From: an uncultured cyanobacterium
Lineage (GTDB): Bacteria > Cyanobacteriota > Cyanobacteriia > Leptolyngbyales > Leptolyngbyaceae
Assembly (NCBI GenBank): GCA_963766075.1
Contig: CAVYAN010000057.1
Span: 1-43,311 of the forward strand
Reading direction: 5' to 3'
Length of the DNA stretch: 43,311 nt
Positions 1 to 9,153 of this stretch are shown here, piece by piece; position 1 is the stretch's first letter, and each line of letters starts with the position of its first letter. The notes under the pieces were generated by a model. That model was not told the origin of the DNA. It saw only the letters and a list, made by a program, of their open reading frames with translations, and did not search any database. The position numbers and the translations under genes are program-made.

Positions 1-445
1 CTTGCTGGACCGCAATTCGGATCTCGAGAAGTTGCAGAGTCTCGCCGAAGTGATGAGTTATGTGCCCATGTCGCCCAGCGATCGCCTGCGGTATCTGACG
101 GACTTACGCCATTTCTTATCTGATTGGTCCCTGGCGTGCTGTTTTCATGTGGCACGGCAGGCCAAGTGGAGTTTGACCGCTGAGCAAACCCTAGCCTGTC
201 TTAAGCATCCCAAGGGCTTTGTGCGGGAGGCGGTGCTGTCTTACATTACGGTGGCTTCCCCTCGGGCTCTGCCGCAGATTTTGCCTATTATGGAGAGCGA
301 CACCGATCCGTTGGTCCAAGCGCAAATCCAAGATATTGTGCAGCGGATTTCGCAAGATTCCGTAAGGACAGCCCCACGGGAGGCAAAACGGGGCAATAAT
401 AATGTGATTGAATTTCCTAGGCGCATGGGTCCCGAACCGATTTAG
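1..445 (+). CDS. C-terminal part of a HEAT-repeat protein (probably the cyanobacterial MFS/NTT-like transporter-HEAT fusion); 5' end lies outside the window
   Basis: The frame is open from the window edge. It has HEAT-like helices (LKHPKGFVREAVLSY...DTDPLVQAQ) and lies directly upstream of a stand-alone cNMP-binding gene, an arrangement I recall from cyanobacteria. Confidence 0.65.
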   Translation, partial: LLDRNSDLEKLQSLAEVMSYVPMSPSDRLRYLTDLRHFLSDWSLACCFHVARQAKWSLTAEQTLACLKHPKGFVREAVLSYITVASPRALPQILPIMESDTDPLVQAQIQDIVQRISQDSVRTAPREAKRGNNNVIEFPRRMGPEPI

Positions 446-700
446 CTCTAAGCCAGTCTGAGTTCAATGAATCGGCGGCGCGGTGACTTCAGGAAAACCG
501 GATTGAATTAGACTAAATTAATTAGACTGAATTAAATTGAACTGGATTAAATCGGTCTGACGCGAATTGGACTTTTCCTGAAGCTCTTTTAAGGGTTCAT
601 CGTGCCATTCTGGGAATCTTGAACATAATGTAGAAATTTGGCGATTGGCTAATGGCGTGTCTGTTGGCAATTAGCTGACCCATCTCGGCGGCATCTTGTT

Positions 701-1183
701 ATGTTAACCAGCGTTGACCGTTTACTGTTTGTTCGGCAAGTCCCCATCTTCAAGGAGCTGAGGGATGACTTTTTGGTCCGGTTGGCTTCGGTGATGGAGG
801 AATTGTCCTTTCCCAACAACCACACGATTTTTACCGAAGGCGAAGAGGGTCGATCACTGTATATTGTCGTTTCAGGGCGCGTGCGGGTGCATATTGATGA
901 CCAAGAACTGGTCCAATTGGAGCGAGGAACGTGCTTTGGAGAAATGTCACTGTTTGATGCGGAGCCCCGTTCGGCTTCGGTGACGACGCTGGAATCCTGT
1001 GATTGTTTGGTGCTGACGCAGCAGCAGTTGTATGAGGCGATTGATGAAACGCCGGGGATTGCGGTGAATATTATTCGACTTCTGTCCCGGCGGATTCGAG
1101 AGTTGAATTTGAAGATTAATCCTCGGCAGGCCACAAAGTCGATTACACCGCCGTCTCGGCTGAAACCGGCCCGATCGCGCTAG
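701..1183 (+). CDS. Cyclic nucleotide-binding domain protein (no HTH)
   Basis: Canonical cNMP motifs IFTEGEEGRSLYIVVSGRV and FGEMSLFDAEPRSASV, followed by a C-helix; 160 aa. Confidence 0.9.
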   Translation: MLTSVDRLLFVRQVPIFKELRDDFLVRLASVMEELSFPNNHTIFTEGEEGRSLYIVVSGRVRVHIDDQELVQLERGTCFGEMSLFDAEPRSASVTTLESCDCLVLTQQQLYEAIDETPGIAVNIIRLLSRRIRELNLKINPRQATKSITPPSRLKPARSR

Positions 1184-1224
1184 TGGTCCTTAGCGTTAGT
1201 CCAGGGTGGCTTAGTCCGGGGTGG

Positions 1225-1416
1225 CTATGCGGTTTCTAACCAATCAAAGATGCGGTTGAGTTCGTCGAGGGTGACAAGGCCATACTGCCAGAGAATAATG
1301 GGCAGCAGGTTGGGAGTCAGGTTGGGGCTACGCTGGGCCATGGCGATCGCTGACGCGGGTACGGCCAGTTCTTCTTGAAGAAATTGAATTAAGCGGGCTT
1401 CGGAAGGGGTATTCAC
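1225..1416 (-). CDS. DUF2949 family protein
   Basis: The sequence LIQFLQEELAVPASAIAMA...LPIILWQYGLVTLDELNRIFDWLE is typical of the family. A GTG start at 1416 gives the usual ~63 aa; the track extends it to 1488. Confidence 0.85.
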   Translation of the reverse strand: MNTPSEARLIQFLQEELAVPASAIAMAQRSPNLTPNLLPIILWQYGLVTLDELNRIFDWLETA

Positions 1417-1730
1417 GGGACGTAAAAATTTTATTATTATGAGAAGTCTGCCCGTAAATCTTAGATTTGGCAACAAATCTTCAAACAATCAATGAAATGA
1501 ACCGATAGGGTCCATCTCAGTCTTTATTTTACTTATAAATTAAATAATAAACGCCTCAGGAATCGCCGTCCAATGCTCTAGCAAACGCCCTGGCTGGGGT
1601 GCACTTGATGGCTTTCCCGGTTTCAATCTTTACATCTTTCAATATTTTGGCCCGTTAGTTGGGTGAAAAACCCGGCATACTGGTTACAGCCTGTGAGCAT
1701 TGCTGTATAACCCTTTCGGATTATTAATTC

Positions 1731-2132
1731 ATGCTTAATTTTGTAAGTCTGCTGGAGTTCTCCCATACTCATTGTGTGGCGATTTGTGCGGTGTTGGTAC
1801 CGCTGAATTTGCTCGCGACTCTGGGAACGATGGGGTTGGTCGGACTCCAGCGCCCTGTGCGATACATTCGGGTGGCGGTGGCGATGGCGCTGCTGTTGGC
1901 ACTGGTTATGGTGCTACATGTGTTGACTTGGTTTGTGATTGGAGTGGTGCGGGTACCCACCTATGTGTTACTCGGGTTGGGAAGTTTGTGTTTGGTGATG
2001 AATTTGTGGGCGATCGTCCATGGTGTCAGTATGCAACGGCTACTGGCAGCACTGGTCCAGTGGGGACGACGGTTTAGCGGGCGCTTTGGCCTGAGCATTG
2101 TGCCGCTCACTCGGAGTGAGGCCAAGTCATGA
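1731..2132 (+). CDS. Conserved cyanobacterial membrane protein
   Basis: ATG start and about three hydrophobic segments (HCVAICAVLVPLNLLATL...MVLHVLTWFVIGVV). Confidence 0.75.
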   Translation: MLNFVSLLEFSHTHCVAICAVLVPLNLLATLGTMGLVGLQRPVRYIRVAVAMALLLALVMVLHVLTWFVIGVVRVPTYVLLGLGSLCLVMNLWAIVHGVSMQRLLAALVQWGRRFSGRFGLSIVPLTRSEAKS

Positions 2133-3021
2133 TCGATCCGTCGGGGGACCAACCCCTTGACCCATGGCCAAAGTCTGATGCGGACGGATCTCGCCGGACT
2201 CTGGCTCGGAGCGGATTGGCCCAGAGCAGACTGAATCGGAGCAGATTGAATCGGAGCGGACTAGCGTAGAACAGCTCGATGTGGAGCAGGCCGACGACGC
2301 GGCGTGGCAGGCTGTTGACGCAGAATTGGCGTTTTCTGCACGGGTGGCTCCCGCTGTGACAACCCAGGGTTTGGCGGAGTTAGGGGCACGAGTGCGCCAT
2401 GTGGATCCTGCCAGTCCTATTGTGATGGTGGAAACGGCGTTTTTGGCCAGTGCTTCTAGTTTGGTTTGGTTGATTAATTTTTATTTTCCGTTCCCGTTAT
2501 TTCGGTTATTTTTTCCGATTCCCATCGCGATTGCCTATTTGCGCTGGGGACCTCGGGCTGCTTGGATGGCCACTGTGGTCTCGGGCCTGTTGCTGAGTGT
2601 GCTGATGGGACCGGTGCGCAGTTTGTTGTTTATTATGCCGTTTGGTTTTTTAGGAGTGCTACTGGGGGTGCTGTGGCGGCGTGGGGCGCGCTGGGGAACG
2701 GCGATCGCCATTGGCGGCTTGCTCGGCACGATTGGATTTTTCTTTCGGATTTGGTTAAGCTCCATTTTGCTGGGAGAGGATTTGTGGGCGTACTCTACGG
2801 CTCAGGTGACGGATTTGTTGGAGTGGCTGTTTGTGCGCTTGGGGCTTCTGATTCAGCCCAATCTGGGCATGATTCAGGCGGCAATTTTGGGGATGGTGCT
2901 CCTGAATTTTTGGGTGTATACCTTTGTGGTGCATCTGATTGCCTGGATTACGCTGGATCGGTTGGGAAATCCGATTCCCCGTCCGCCGAAGTGGGTGCAG
3001 GTGTTGATGGACTACGAATAG
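2129..3021 (+). CDS. DUF2232 domain membrane protein; probable true start at 2129 with one indel near 2190
   Basis: The core (MVETAFLASASSLVWLINFYFP...RLGNPIPRPPKWVQVL) matches cyanobacterial DUF2232. The ATG at 2129 overlaps the upstream TGA (ATGA) and reads MIDPSGDQPLDPWPKSDADGS. The frame of ORF 2281 is open back to 2179. Confidence 0.8.
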
Positions 3022-3022
3022 G

Positions 3023-4144
3023 ATGACCACAGCCACGAGGGATGATGCCGTGTCGGTGCGGATCTATGCCCAGATAGCGCGTGGGCAGGCGTGGATGCAG
3101 CGCCATCGGCAGCGCCAGCCCGGGGTGGTCTGTGTCTTGGGGTTTACAGAGACGGGGCTGATGCCGGGAATTTCGGCGGCGGGGGCGACGCCACGGGATC
3201 GGCGGTATACGGCGATCGCCGATGCTGAATTTTTAGTGAATGGTCCTCAGCCTCAGCCGCGCTACCCGCTGCCGCCCTTGGCGGTGGGTGCTTCGCCGGT
3301 ATTAATTTCCCGAGCTGTGATTGAAGCCCTGCACTGGCCTGTGTCCTTGTTCAACGCCGGGTTGCCGATCCCGCCCTCGGTGGCCTGTGAGGATTTGGGG
3401 GGGATGCCCGCCCGCTGTTTGAGTGGGGGCAATGCTTTGGATCCGCCCGTGGTTCGGCATTTGCTGGATCAGGGTTGGTGTTGGGGCGAGAAATTAGCGG
3501 GGCGATCGCCCATGGACTATCTCATTCTGGGTGAGTGCGTAGTGGGAGGTACAACGACGGCTTTGGCCGTGCTGATGGGCCTGGGATTTGCCGCCCAGGG
3601 TAAGGTTAACAGCAGTCATCCGGCCTGTAACCATGGACAAAAATGGGAGCTAGTGCAGGCTGGATGGCATCGGGCGGGCCTAGGGCTACAGCCGCTTGAC
3701 GTGGTGGCGGCAGTGGGGGATCCGATGCAGGTGGTGGTGGCGGGGATGGTGCTGGCGGCGAGTCGATCGGTGGGGGTGCTGTTGGCGGGCGGCACCCAAA
3801 TGCTGGCGGTGTACGCCTTGGCGCGTGCCATTGCGGTGACTCAGGGATGGGACTGGTATCCAGATAATGTGGTGGTGGGTACGACCCGCTGGGTGGCGGA
3901 GGATCCGACTGGGGATACGGTGGGATTGGCCGAATTGATTGGTGATGTGCCCCTATTAGCGACTCAATTGAGTTTTGCAGAGTCGCGCCATAGCCAACTT
4001 CGAGCCTATGAGCAGGGGTTTGTGAAGGAAGGGGTGGGGGCAGGGGGCTGTGCGATCGCCGCCCACCTCTTCCAAAATTGGGGACAGAGAGAATTGTTGC
4101 AGGCGATTGATGGGTTGGGCGATCGCTATAGCCAACTTCAGTGA
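3023..4144 (+). CDS. cobT: Nicotinate-mononucleotide-dependent phosphoribosyltransferase CobT (TIGR00303/UPF0284 type)
   Basis: Motifs PGISAAGATP, LGECVVGGTTTALAVL, GDPMQ, LAGGTQM and YEQGFVKEGVGAGG. Confidence 0.9.
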   Translation: MTTATRDDAVSVRIYAQIARGQAWMQRHRQRQPGVVCVLGFTETGLMPGISAAGATPRDRRYTAIADAEFLVNGPQPQPRYPLPPLAVGASPVLISRAVIEALHWPVSLFNAGLPIPPSVACEDLGGMPARCLSGGNALDPPVVRHLLDQGWCWGEKLAGRSPMDYLILGECVVGGTTTALAVLMGLGFAAQGKVNSSHPACNHGQKWELVQAGWHRAGLGLQPLDVVAAVGDPMQVVVAGMVLAASRSVGVLLAGGTQMLAVYALARAIAVTQGWDWYPDNVVVGTTRWVAEDPTGDTVGLAELIGDVPLLATQLSFAESRHSQLRAYEQGFVKEGVGAGGCAIAAHLFQNWGQRELLQAIDGLGDRYSQLQ

Positions 4145-4339
4145 GGCTAAGGCATTGTCAAGTAATAGCATCAAGATATAGCTGCCTGAGCGGAGTCGAA
4201 GGGAGCGGTCGGTAGTTCGTGGAGCGGAATTGAAACGAACTGGAAACTAGGAGCTTGTTGTTTGACAACGGCTAAGCCAGGTCAAAGTTAAAAAATTTTG
4301 GCTAAGAATTTGTTTGACATTTTTTAAAGATGCGCAATT

Positions 4340-4378
4340 AAAAAAATCCAGCATAGCAACCTGCTAGTGCTGGATTCT
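4340..4378 (-). terminator. Rho-independent terminator for the 4419-4790 gene (possibly bidirectional)
   Basis: Stem AATCCAGCA-TAGCA/TGCTA-G-TGCTGGATT with an A-run on its left (a U-tract on the minus strand), between convergent genes. Confidence 0.7.
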
Positions 4379-4418
4379 TCAGAAGGGTTCACTCGGAAGC
4401 TTCCACCGCTCGCTTCGT

Positions 4419-4790
4419 CTAATGAACCCGCTTCAATAAGAGTTGCTCTTCCAATGCGGCAATGCGATTGTAGGCGGCTGTTAATTGTGCCGTCAGCCGT
4501 TGAATTTGAATCTCTGGAGACAACTGCTTTTCACCTTGGTGACTAATGGCATCCAAGCCATTCGACTCAACTAAAATGTCCTTATGATCCAAGGTGCCAT
4601 CCAGATGGGCATAGCCGCTGGAGGTGCGGTAACCGACGAAATGATTTCTATCGGTCTTTCCAGAAGGCTCAGAGCCAGCCTTGCACTCAACTACGACGTC
4701 CGAAATTCGCTGGCTCATTTGCTCAATTAGCCGTGACAGGGAATCGACTCTAGCGCTTAGGGTCTGAATTTCTGTATGGAGGGTGTCCAT
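4419..4790 (-). CDS. Conserved cyanobacterial hypothetical coiled-coil protein
   Basis: C-terminal LSPEIQIQRLTAQLTAAYNRIAALEEQLL motif and an HKDIL motif, both recalled from cyanobacterial hypothetical proteins. Confidence 0.8.
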   Translation of the reverse strand: MDTLHTEIQTLSARVDSLSRLIEQMSQRISDVVVECKAGSEPSGKTDRNHFVGYRTSSGYAHLDGTLDHKDILVESNGLDAISHQGEKQLSPEIQIQRLTAQLTAAYNRIAALEEQLLLKRVH

Positions 4791-5253
4791 TTAATAGCCC
4801 CATTTACCCTAAATTTACTCAACATTTATCTCTCATTATATTAGGCAATGAAATCGACCAGAACGAGGTTATTCCTGAATCATTTAACCTTTGATATTAA
4901 ATAAAAATAGTGGGTGAATCCGCGCTAATGGGAGTGAACTCATGATTAAGAGATGGGCAGAATTAAAGTTAGGATCACGGCAGGATGGACGATTCTGTCA
5001 GAAGGGCTGGCACAGTAAAAGCAGCCTGGGTTGGTCGTGAAAGCGGCTCTGGTGCAGGCAAGTGTTTTTTCTAAAAGGGGTAAAATGCAGACTTTGCCAT
5101 CGTTTAATGAATTGTCGTTCAGCGAATGGCGGTTGTGCAAGGCCCGTGCAAAGCCCGTGCAAAGCCAAGGTGGCGACCTACAATAGGACACGACTAATGA
5201 ACCCCTTTGTCCCTAACCATTGCGCCCTGTCATGACGGATCAAGTGCCCTCGA

Positions 5254-6459
5254 ATGTTTTACGATTGTGTCGATCGCGGTCGGCGATCGCTGCTGATCGG
5301 TCTGGCCAGTTTGGCGGCCAATGGGGCACTGGTGGGCTGTGCGGGCCAAAATCAATCGGCCTTGGCGGTGCGTTTGTTGAGTGGCTCTATCCCCCCTCAG
5401 ATTTTGGCGGAGTTTCACAAGGCACTGCAATCGTCCTTGGGTACTGTTCAGTTGCAATTTGCTCCGGAGACTCAGTTGCAAGCGTTGTTTGCGCTGCTGC
5501 AAACCTGGCAGCGGCAGGGGAAGCCGGGGAGCAAGTCGGGCTGGCAGTTGCCGGGTTGGGTGCCCTGGGTGGGCGATCGCGGCAAATCCATTCCTGACTT
5601 GGTGACGCTGGGTAACTACTGGTTGCCCCAAGCCATTCAGCAGGGACTGATCCAACCGCTGGATCCAACTCCATGGAAAGCCTGGGGATCCCTCGTTGCC
5701 GATGCCAAGTGGCAAACCCTCGTAACGCGCAATGATCGGGGCGAACCGGATCCCAAAGGTCAGGTGTGGGCCGCGCCTTATCGCTGGGGCAGTACGATGA
5801 TTGTTTATCGGCGGGATATTTTCCAAGAAAAGGGATTACGTCTGCCCACGGACTGGTCAGATTTATGGCGATCGGACCTGAAACGGCAGATTTCACTGCT
5901 CGATCAGCCCCGCGAGGTGATTGGCCTCACCCTCAAGAAACTGGGGCATTCCTACAACACGGCTGACCTGAAGGCGATCGCGCCGCTAGAGACAGAACTG
6001 GATGCGCTGCGACAGCAGGTCAAACTTTATAGCTCGACGACTTACCTACAGCCGCTCCTGCTGGGCGATACCTGGTTGGCGGTAGGTTGGTCTACGGACA
6101 TTTTGCCGTTGCTTAAGCGGAATTCTAAACTTGCAGCAGTTGTGCCCCAATCGGGTACAGCGCTCTGGGCGGACCTGTGGGCGTGCCCGCGCTTGGCCCA
6201 GCCCGACTTGCCCTTGGTGAATGAGTGGATTAACTTTTGCTGGCAGCCCGAGATTGCCGAACGCCTGTCGCTCCTGAGTCAGGCGGCCTCGCCCGTCCTG
6301 ATGGCCATGGCCCCGGCTCAACGGAGCCTAGACCTGCGGGGCGATGCCCTGCTGCTGCCCAGCCCGTCTATCCTGCGCAGCAGTGAATTTTTGCAGCCGC
6401 TGCCTGCGACTACCGTGCGGCAGTACCAAGATTTCTGGGTGCGCCTTCGGACGCAGTAG
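5254..6459 (+). CDS. Spermidine/putrescine-type ABC extracellular solute-binding lipoprotein (PotD/PotF-like)
   Basis: Tat-like RRSLL plus lipobox LVGC; motifs PYRWGSTMIVY, PTDWSDLW, WLAVGWSTD and PQSGTALWADLW. Confidence 0.85.
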   Translation: MFYDCVDRGRRSLLIGLASLAANGALVGCAGQNQSALAVRLLSGSIPPQILAEFHKALQSSLGTVQLQFAPETQLQALFALLQTWQRQGKPGSKSGWQLPGWVPWVGDRGKSIPDLVTLGNYWLPQAIQQGLIQPLDPTPWKAWGSLVADAKWQTLVTRNDRGEPDPKGQVWAAPYRWGSTMIVYRRDIFQEKGLRLPTDWSDLWRSDLKRQISLLDQPREVIGLTLKKLGHSYNTADLKAIAPLETELDALRQQVKLYSSTTYLQPLLLGDTWLAVGWSTDILPLLKRNSKLAAVVPQSGTALWADLWACPRLAQPDLPLVNEWINFCWQPEIAERLSLLSQAASPVLMAMAPAQRSLDLRGDALLLPSPSILRSSEFLQPLPATTVRQYQDFWVRLRTQ

Positions 6460-7135
6460 GCCGCCCGCCAAGGCCCGCTTTGCCCCGCGCATCGAGAATG
6501 ATGGTACAGGGTCCGATGTGCGGCCCCAGAGGGGGCACAACCACGATCGCCTTTTCAGGAGTCGGATCCACTGTCTGGAGGGCCTGGGGGCTAAATTTAC
6601 AGGTATAGGAGGCGATCGGTGGCTTGGTCCGGTCATCACTGTCTATCACCCGAATGTTGTAGCCATACTCGCGCGCCGTGGTGCCAAATTCATCGATAAA
6701 GGAATAGCGCTCCAGATAATCTAATAAACTCCATAACTGCCGGTTCACGATGAAGTCAATTTCTCCGGGTTGATTGGTTTGACCAGGGTAGGCGCGCCAC
6801 TCCTGCAAGAGCTTGCCGCCAAAGGGTTCCTTTTGGGCAAATTGCTGGGTGACCCACCACAGACTGGGGAGTGTTAGCCCGGTAGCCGAAAATGTTTTTG
6901 AGGTAATTGCGGGCTCGGGTTGATCGGGAATGGGTAGATTTTCTGCTCGCAGATTTTTATGGGGTGAGTGGGTTGGGGAGATTTCTGTGGCCGTGACTTT
7001 TGTGGCCGTGACTTTTGTGGCTGTGGCGTCTGTCGCTGTGACAGACCCTGCTGTACCTGCCCAGACGGCACCTATGGCGAGTATGCTGAACCCTGCGACA
7101 GACCGCGCTTGACGCCAATATATACCAATACCCAT
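6410..7135 (-). CDS. Conserved cyanobacterial exported hypothetical protein
   Basis: Signal-like N-terminus and ATKVT repeats; core TLPSLWW...IVNRQLWSLLDYLERYSFIDEFGTTAREYGYNIRV. Overlaps the potD-like gene tail-to-tail by 50 bp. Confidence 0.75.
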   Translation of the reverse strand: MGIGIYWRQARSVAGFSILAIGAVWAGTAGSVTATDATATKVTATKVTATEISPTHSPHKNLRAENLPIPDQPEPAITSKTFSATGLTLPSLWWVTQQFAQKEPFGGKLLQEWRAYPGQTNQPGEIDFIVNRQLWSLLDYLERYSFIDEFGTTAREYGYNIRVIDSDDRTKPPIASYTCKFSPQALQTVDPTPEKAIVVVPPLGPHIGPCTIILDARGKAGLGGRPTASEGAPRNLGTAAR

Positions 7136-7389
7136 GTTTTGACTCCGATTTTAACCAAGCGATGGTGGGGCTTTGCCCTGGGGATTGATAGGGCAGAGCG
7201 CTGGAGGCTTAGATGCAGATCCCACCCGATTTTGTTCCAGGCGATCGCCCGGAAGGGAGATCCCCATTCCGCCGCCGCTGCTGTTCCCTCAGTCTCCTTG
7301 AGGATCGATCAGGACTCAATCCTATGGGCAGCCGGTTGGGAGCCGCCCATGTTGACATTTTGCCCTGAATCCCGGTTTAATTCCGGTTA

Positions 7390-7875
7390 ATGCTGCGCAA
7401 TTTGGGATATTTCTATCCTCGATACTACCCCGTGAAACAGATTCCCTGGACTTCCCTCTTATTACTTTTAATTGCCTACATCAGTTTTGGTTGGTTTCTG
7501 TGCAATCCGGCGTTCCCCTTTTGGATCGTGGTCTGCGCCATGGCCTGGGTGGCGGTTATTTCGGCAGCGTTCATGCATCCGATTCTGGGGTTTAATCGGT
7601 TTATCACCCGCTGGTTTCGGTCGGATACGATCGCCTTTCTGACGATTTTTACCCTGGCTGGGTTGGCGGCTACAATTTTATTTTTTCTTAGGATTTTTCT
7701 GTATATCTTTACTATCCTGGCGACGGAATCCCTAGCCCGCATTGATATGCAAACTCTCGGCTACAGTGAAGTGCGGGCGTTTTGGATCTTAGTCTCTGCC
7801 TCCACCCTGGGCCTGAGCCTGGGCTGGGCCAGTCACTATGTGTTGCTGCATTCAATCTTGCTCAGGTTGGGTTGA
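7390..7875 (+). CDS. Hypothetical integral membrane protein
   Basis: Four to five hydrophobic segments (PWTSLLLLLIAYISFGW; WFRSDTIAF; LARIDMQ). The start could instead be the GTG at 7432. Confidence 0.7.
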   Translation: MLRNLGYFYPRYYPVKQIPWTSLLLLLIAYISFGWFLCNPAFPFWIVVCAMAWVAVISAAFMHPILGFNRFITRWFRSDTIAFLTIFTLAGLAATILFFLRIFLYIFTILATESLARIDMQTLGYSEVRAFWILVSASTLGLSLGWASHYVLLHSILLRLG

Positions 7876-8046
7876 AATCGCTGGAATTGTGCGGCTTGGG
7901 TCGTTGGATGCCCTTGGGCACTGCTGGGAGGGTGGCAGGGTAGCTCTCGTGGGAAGGTGTCTTCTTTGCTGCCGTGATTTGTTGCCGTGACTGTGTTGAG
8001 TTCCCGCTAGGGTTTTGGGGATCCGATCGCGAAATCCGGTGGAATA

Positions 8047-8898
8047 ATGGGGGCACAACGTCTTGGGGGTGCTGTGGGAACCATTTTTCGGTTTAGAAGC
8101 AAAGCGTGGGCGATCGCGATTCTGGCGATGGTGTTGATTGGGTGTACTTGGATGGCGCAGTTTCCTGCGGGGAGTGATGTGCATCTGACTCTGGGCAATC
8201 CCAGCAATGCCCGCAGCGATCGCAGCCAGCCCGACAACTATCTTATTCGGCGTCCGCAGTATGTCTTGTCCTACAACAACAGTACACACATTCCCAATTG
8301 GGTGAGCTGGCAGCTAAAGGCATCGTGGTTGGGGCCTGTCCCCCGCAGCAATGATTTTCGTCCGGATGACAGTTTGCCGTCTGGATGGGTGCGGGTGACT
8401 GCTGCGGACTATAACGGGAGTGGCTACGATCGCGGCCATATGACGCCAGCGGGCGATCGCAGTAATACGCCCGAGGATAATTCGGCTACCTTTTTGATGA
8501 CGAACATTCTGCCCCAGGCCCCGGACAATAACCGGGGACCGTGGGAGGCCTTTGAAAGTTATTGCCGTTATCTGGTGAAGCAGGGCAAGGAACTCTACAT
8601 TGTTTCCGGTGGCTATGGAGAAAAGAAACGCATTTCGCCAAGGAAGATCGTAGTGCCCAGCCATATTTGGAAAGTGGTTTTGGTGTTGGATCAGCCTCAA
8701 AAAGGACTGGATGGAGTCACGGAAAATACGCGGGCGATCGCGGTGGATATGCCTAATGATCAGGGCATTAAAGATATCCGCTGGACAACCTATCGGGTCA
8801 CGATTCAAGATTTGGAAGCGAAAACGGGGTATCGGTTTTTGGCGAATTTGCCCGAAGCTATCCAGCAGCGGTTGAAGAGTCGAATTGATGGACGTTAG
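8047..8898 (+). CDS. nucA: DNA/RNA non-specific endonuclease (NucA/Serratia family), predicted lipoprotein
   Basis: Catalytic GYDRGHMTP motif, TFLMTNILPQAPDNNRGPW and LGNPSNA; lipobox LIGC. Confidence 0.92.
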   Translation: MGAQRLGGAVGTIFRFRSKAWAIAILAMVLIGCTWMAQFPAGSDVHLTLGNPSNARSDRSQPDNYLIRRPQYVLSYNNSTHIPNWVSWQLKASWLGPVPRSNDFRPDDSLPSGWVRVTAADYNGSGYDRGHMTPAGDRSNTPEDNSATFLMTNILPQAPDNNRGPWEAFESYCRYLVKQGKELYIVSGGYGEKKRISPRKIVVPSHIWKVVLVLDQPQKGLDGVTENTRAIAVDMPNDQGIKDIRWTTYRVTIQDLEAKTGYRFLANLPEAIQQRLKSRIDGR

Positions 8899-8899
8899 G

Positions 8900-8942
8900 T
8901 ATCGTCTGGAGAGATATCGTCTGGAGAAGTATCGTCTGGAGC
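8900..8942. repeat. 15-bp tandem repeat (TATCGTCTGGAG core) x3
   Basis: Copies start at 8900, 8915 and 8930, immediately after the nucA stop. Confidence 0.9.
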
Positions 8943-9153
8943 CATCTGTGGCTTCGACCGTGTGCCTGATTTGACACCTTCATGGGTATCTGGTGATGGC
9001 TGGATGGGGTGGCATGTTCCCCGCACTACCGCAGTTTTTTATGTGGTGACCGTGGGGTAGTCACGGCCACCCAGAAGAGTTTGCCTTTGCCGTGGTAAAA
9101 TCTTCATGCTATGCCCGACGTGTTTGGTCCCCTACTTCCGATAGGCCCTGATT

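Noticed and set aside
499..555. AT-rich GAATT/AGACT pentamer repeats as an origin or iteron
   Set aside because: Degenerate low-complexity repeat; no DnaA boxes or rep gene nearby.
4946..5191. 81-aa ORF in the divergent promoter region
   Set aside because: GTG start, no recognisable motif, and composition typical of intergenic DNA.
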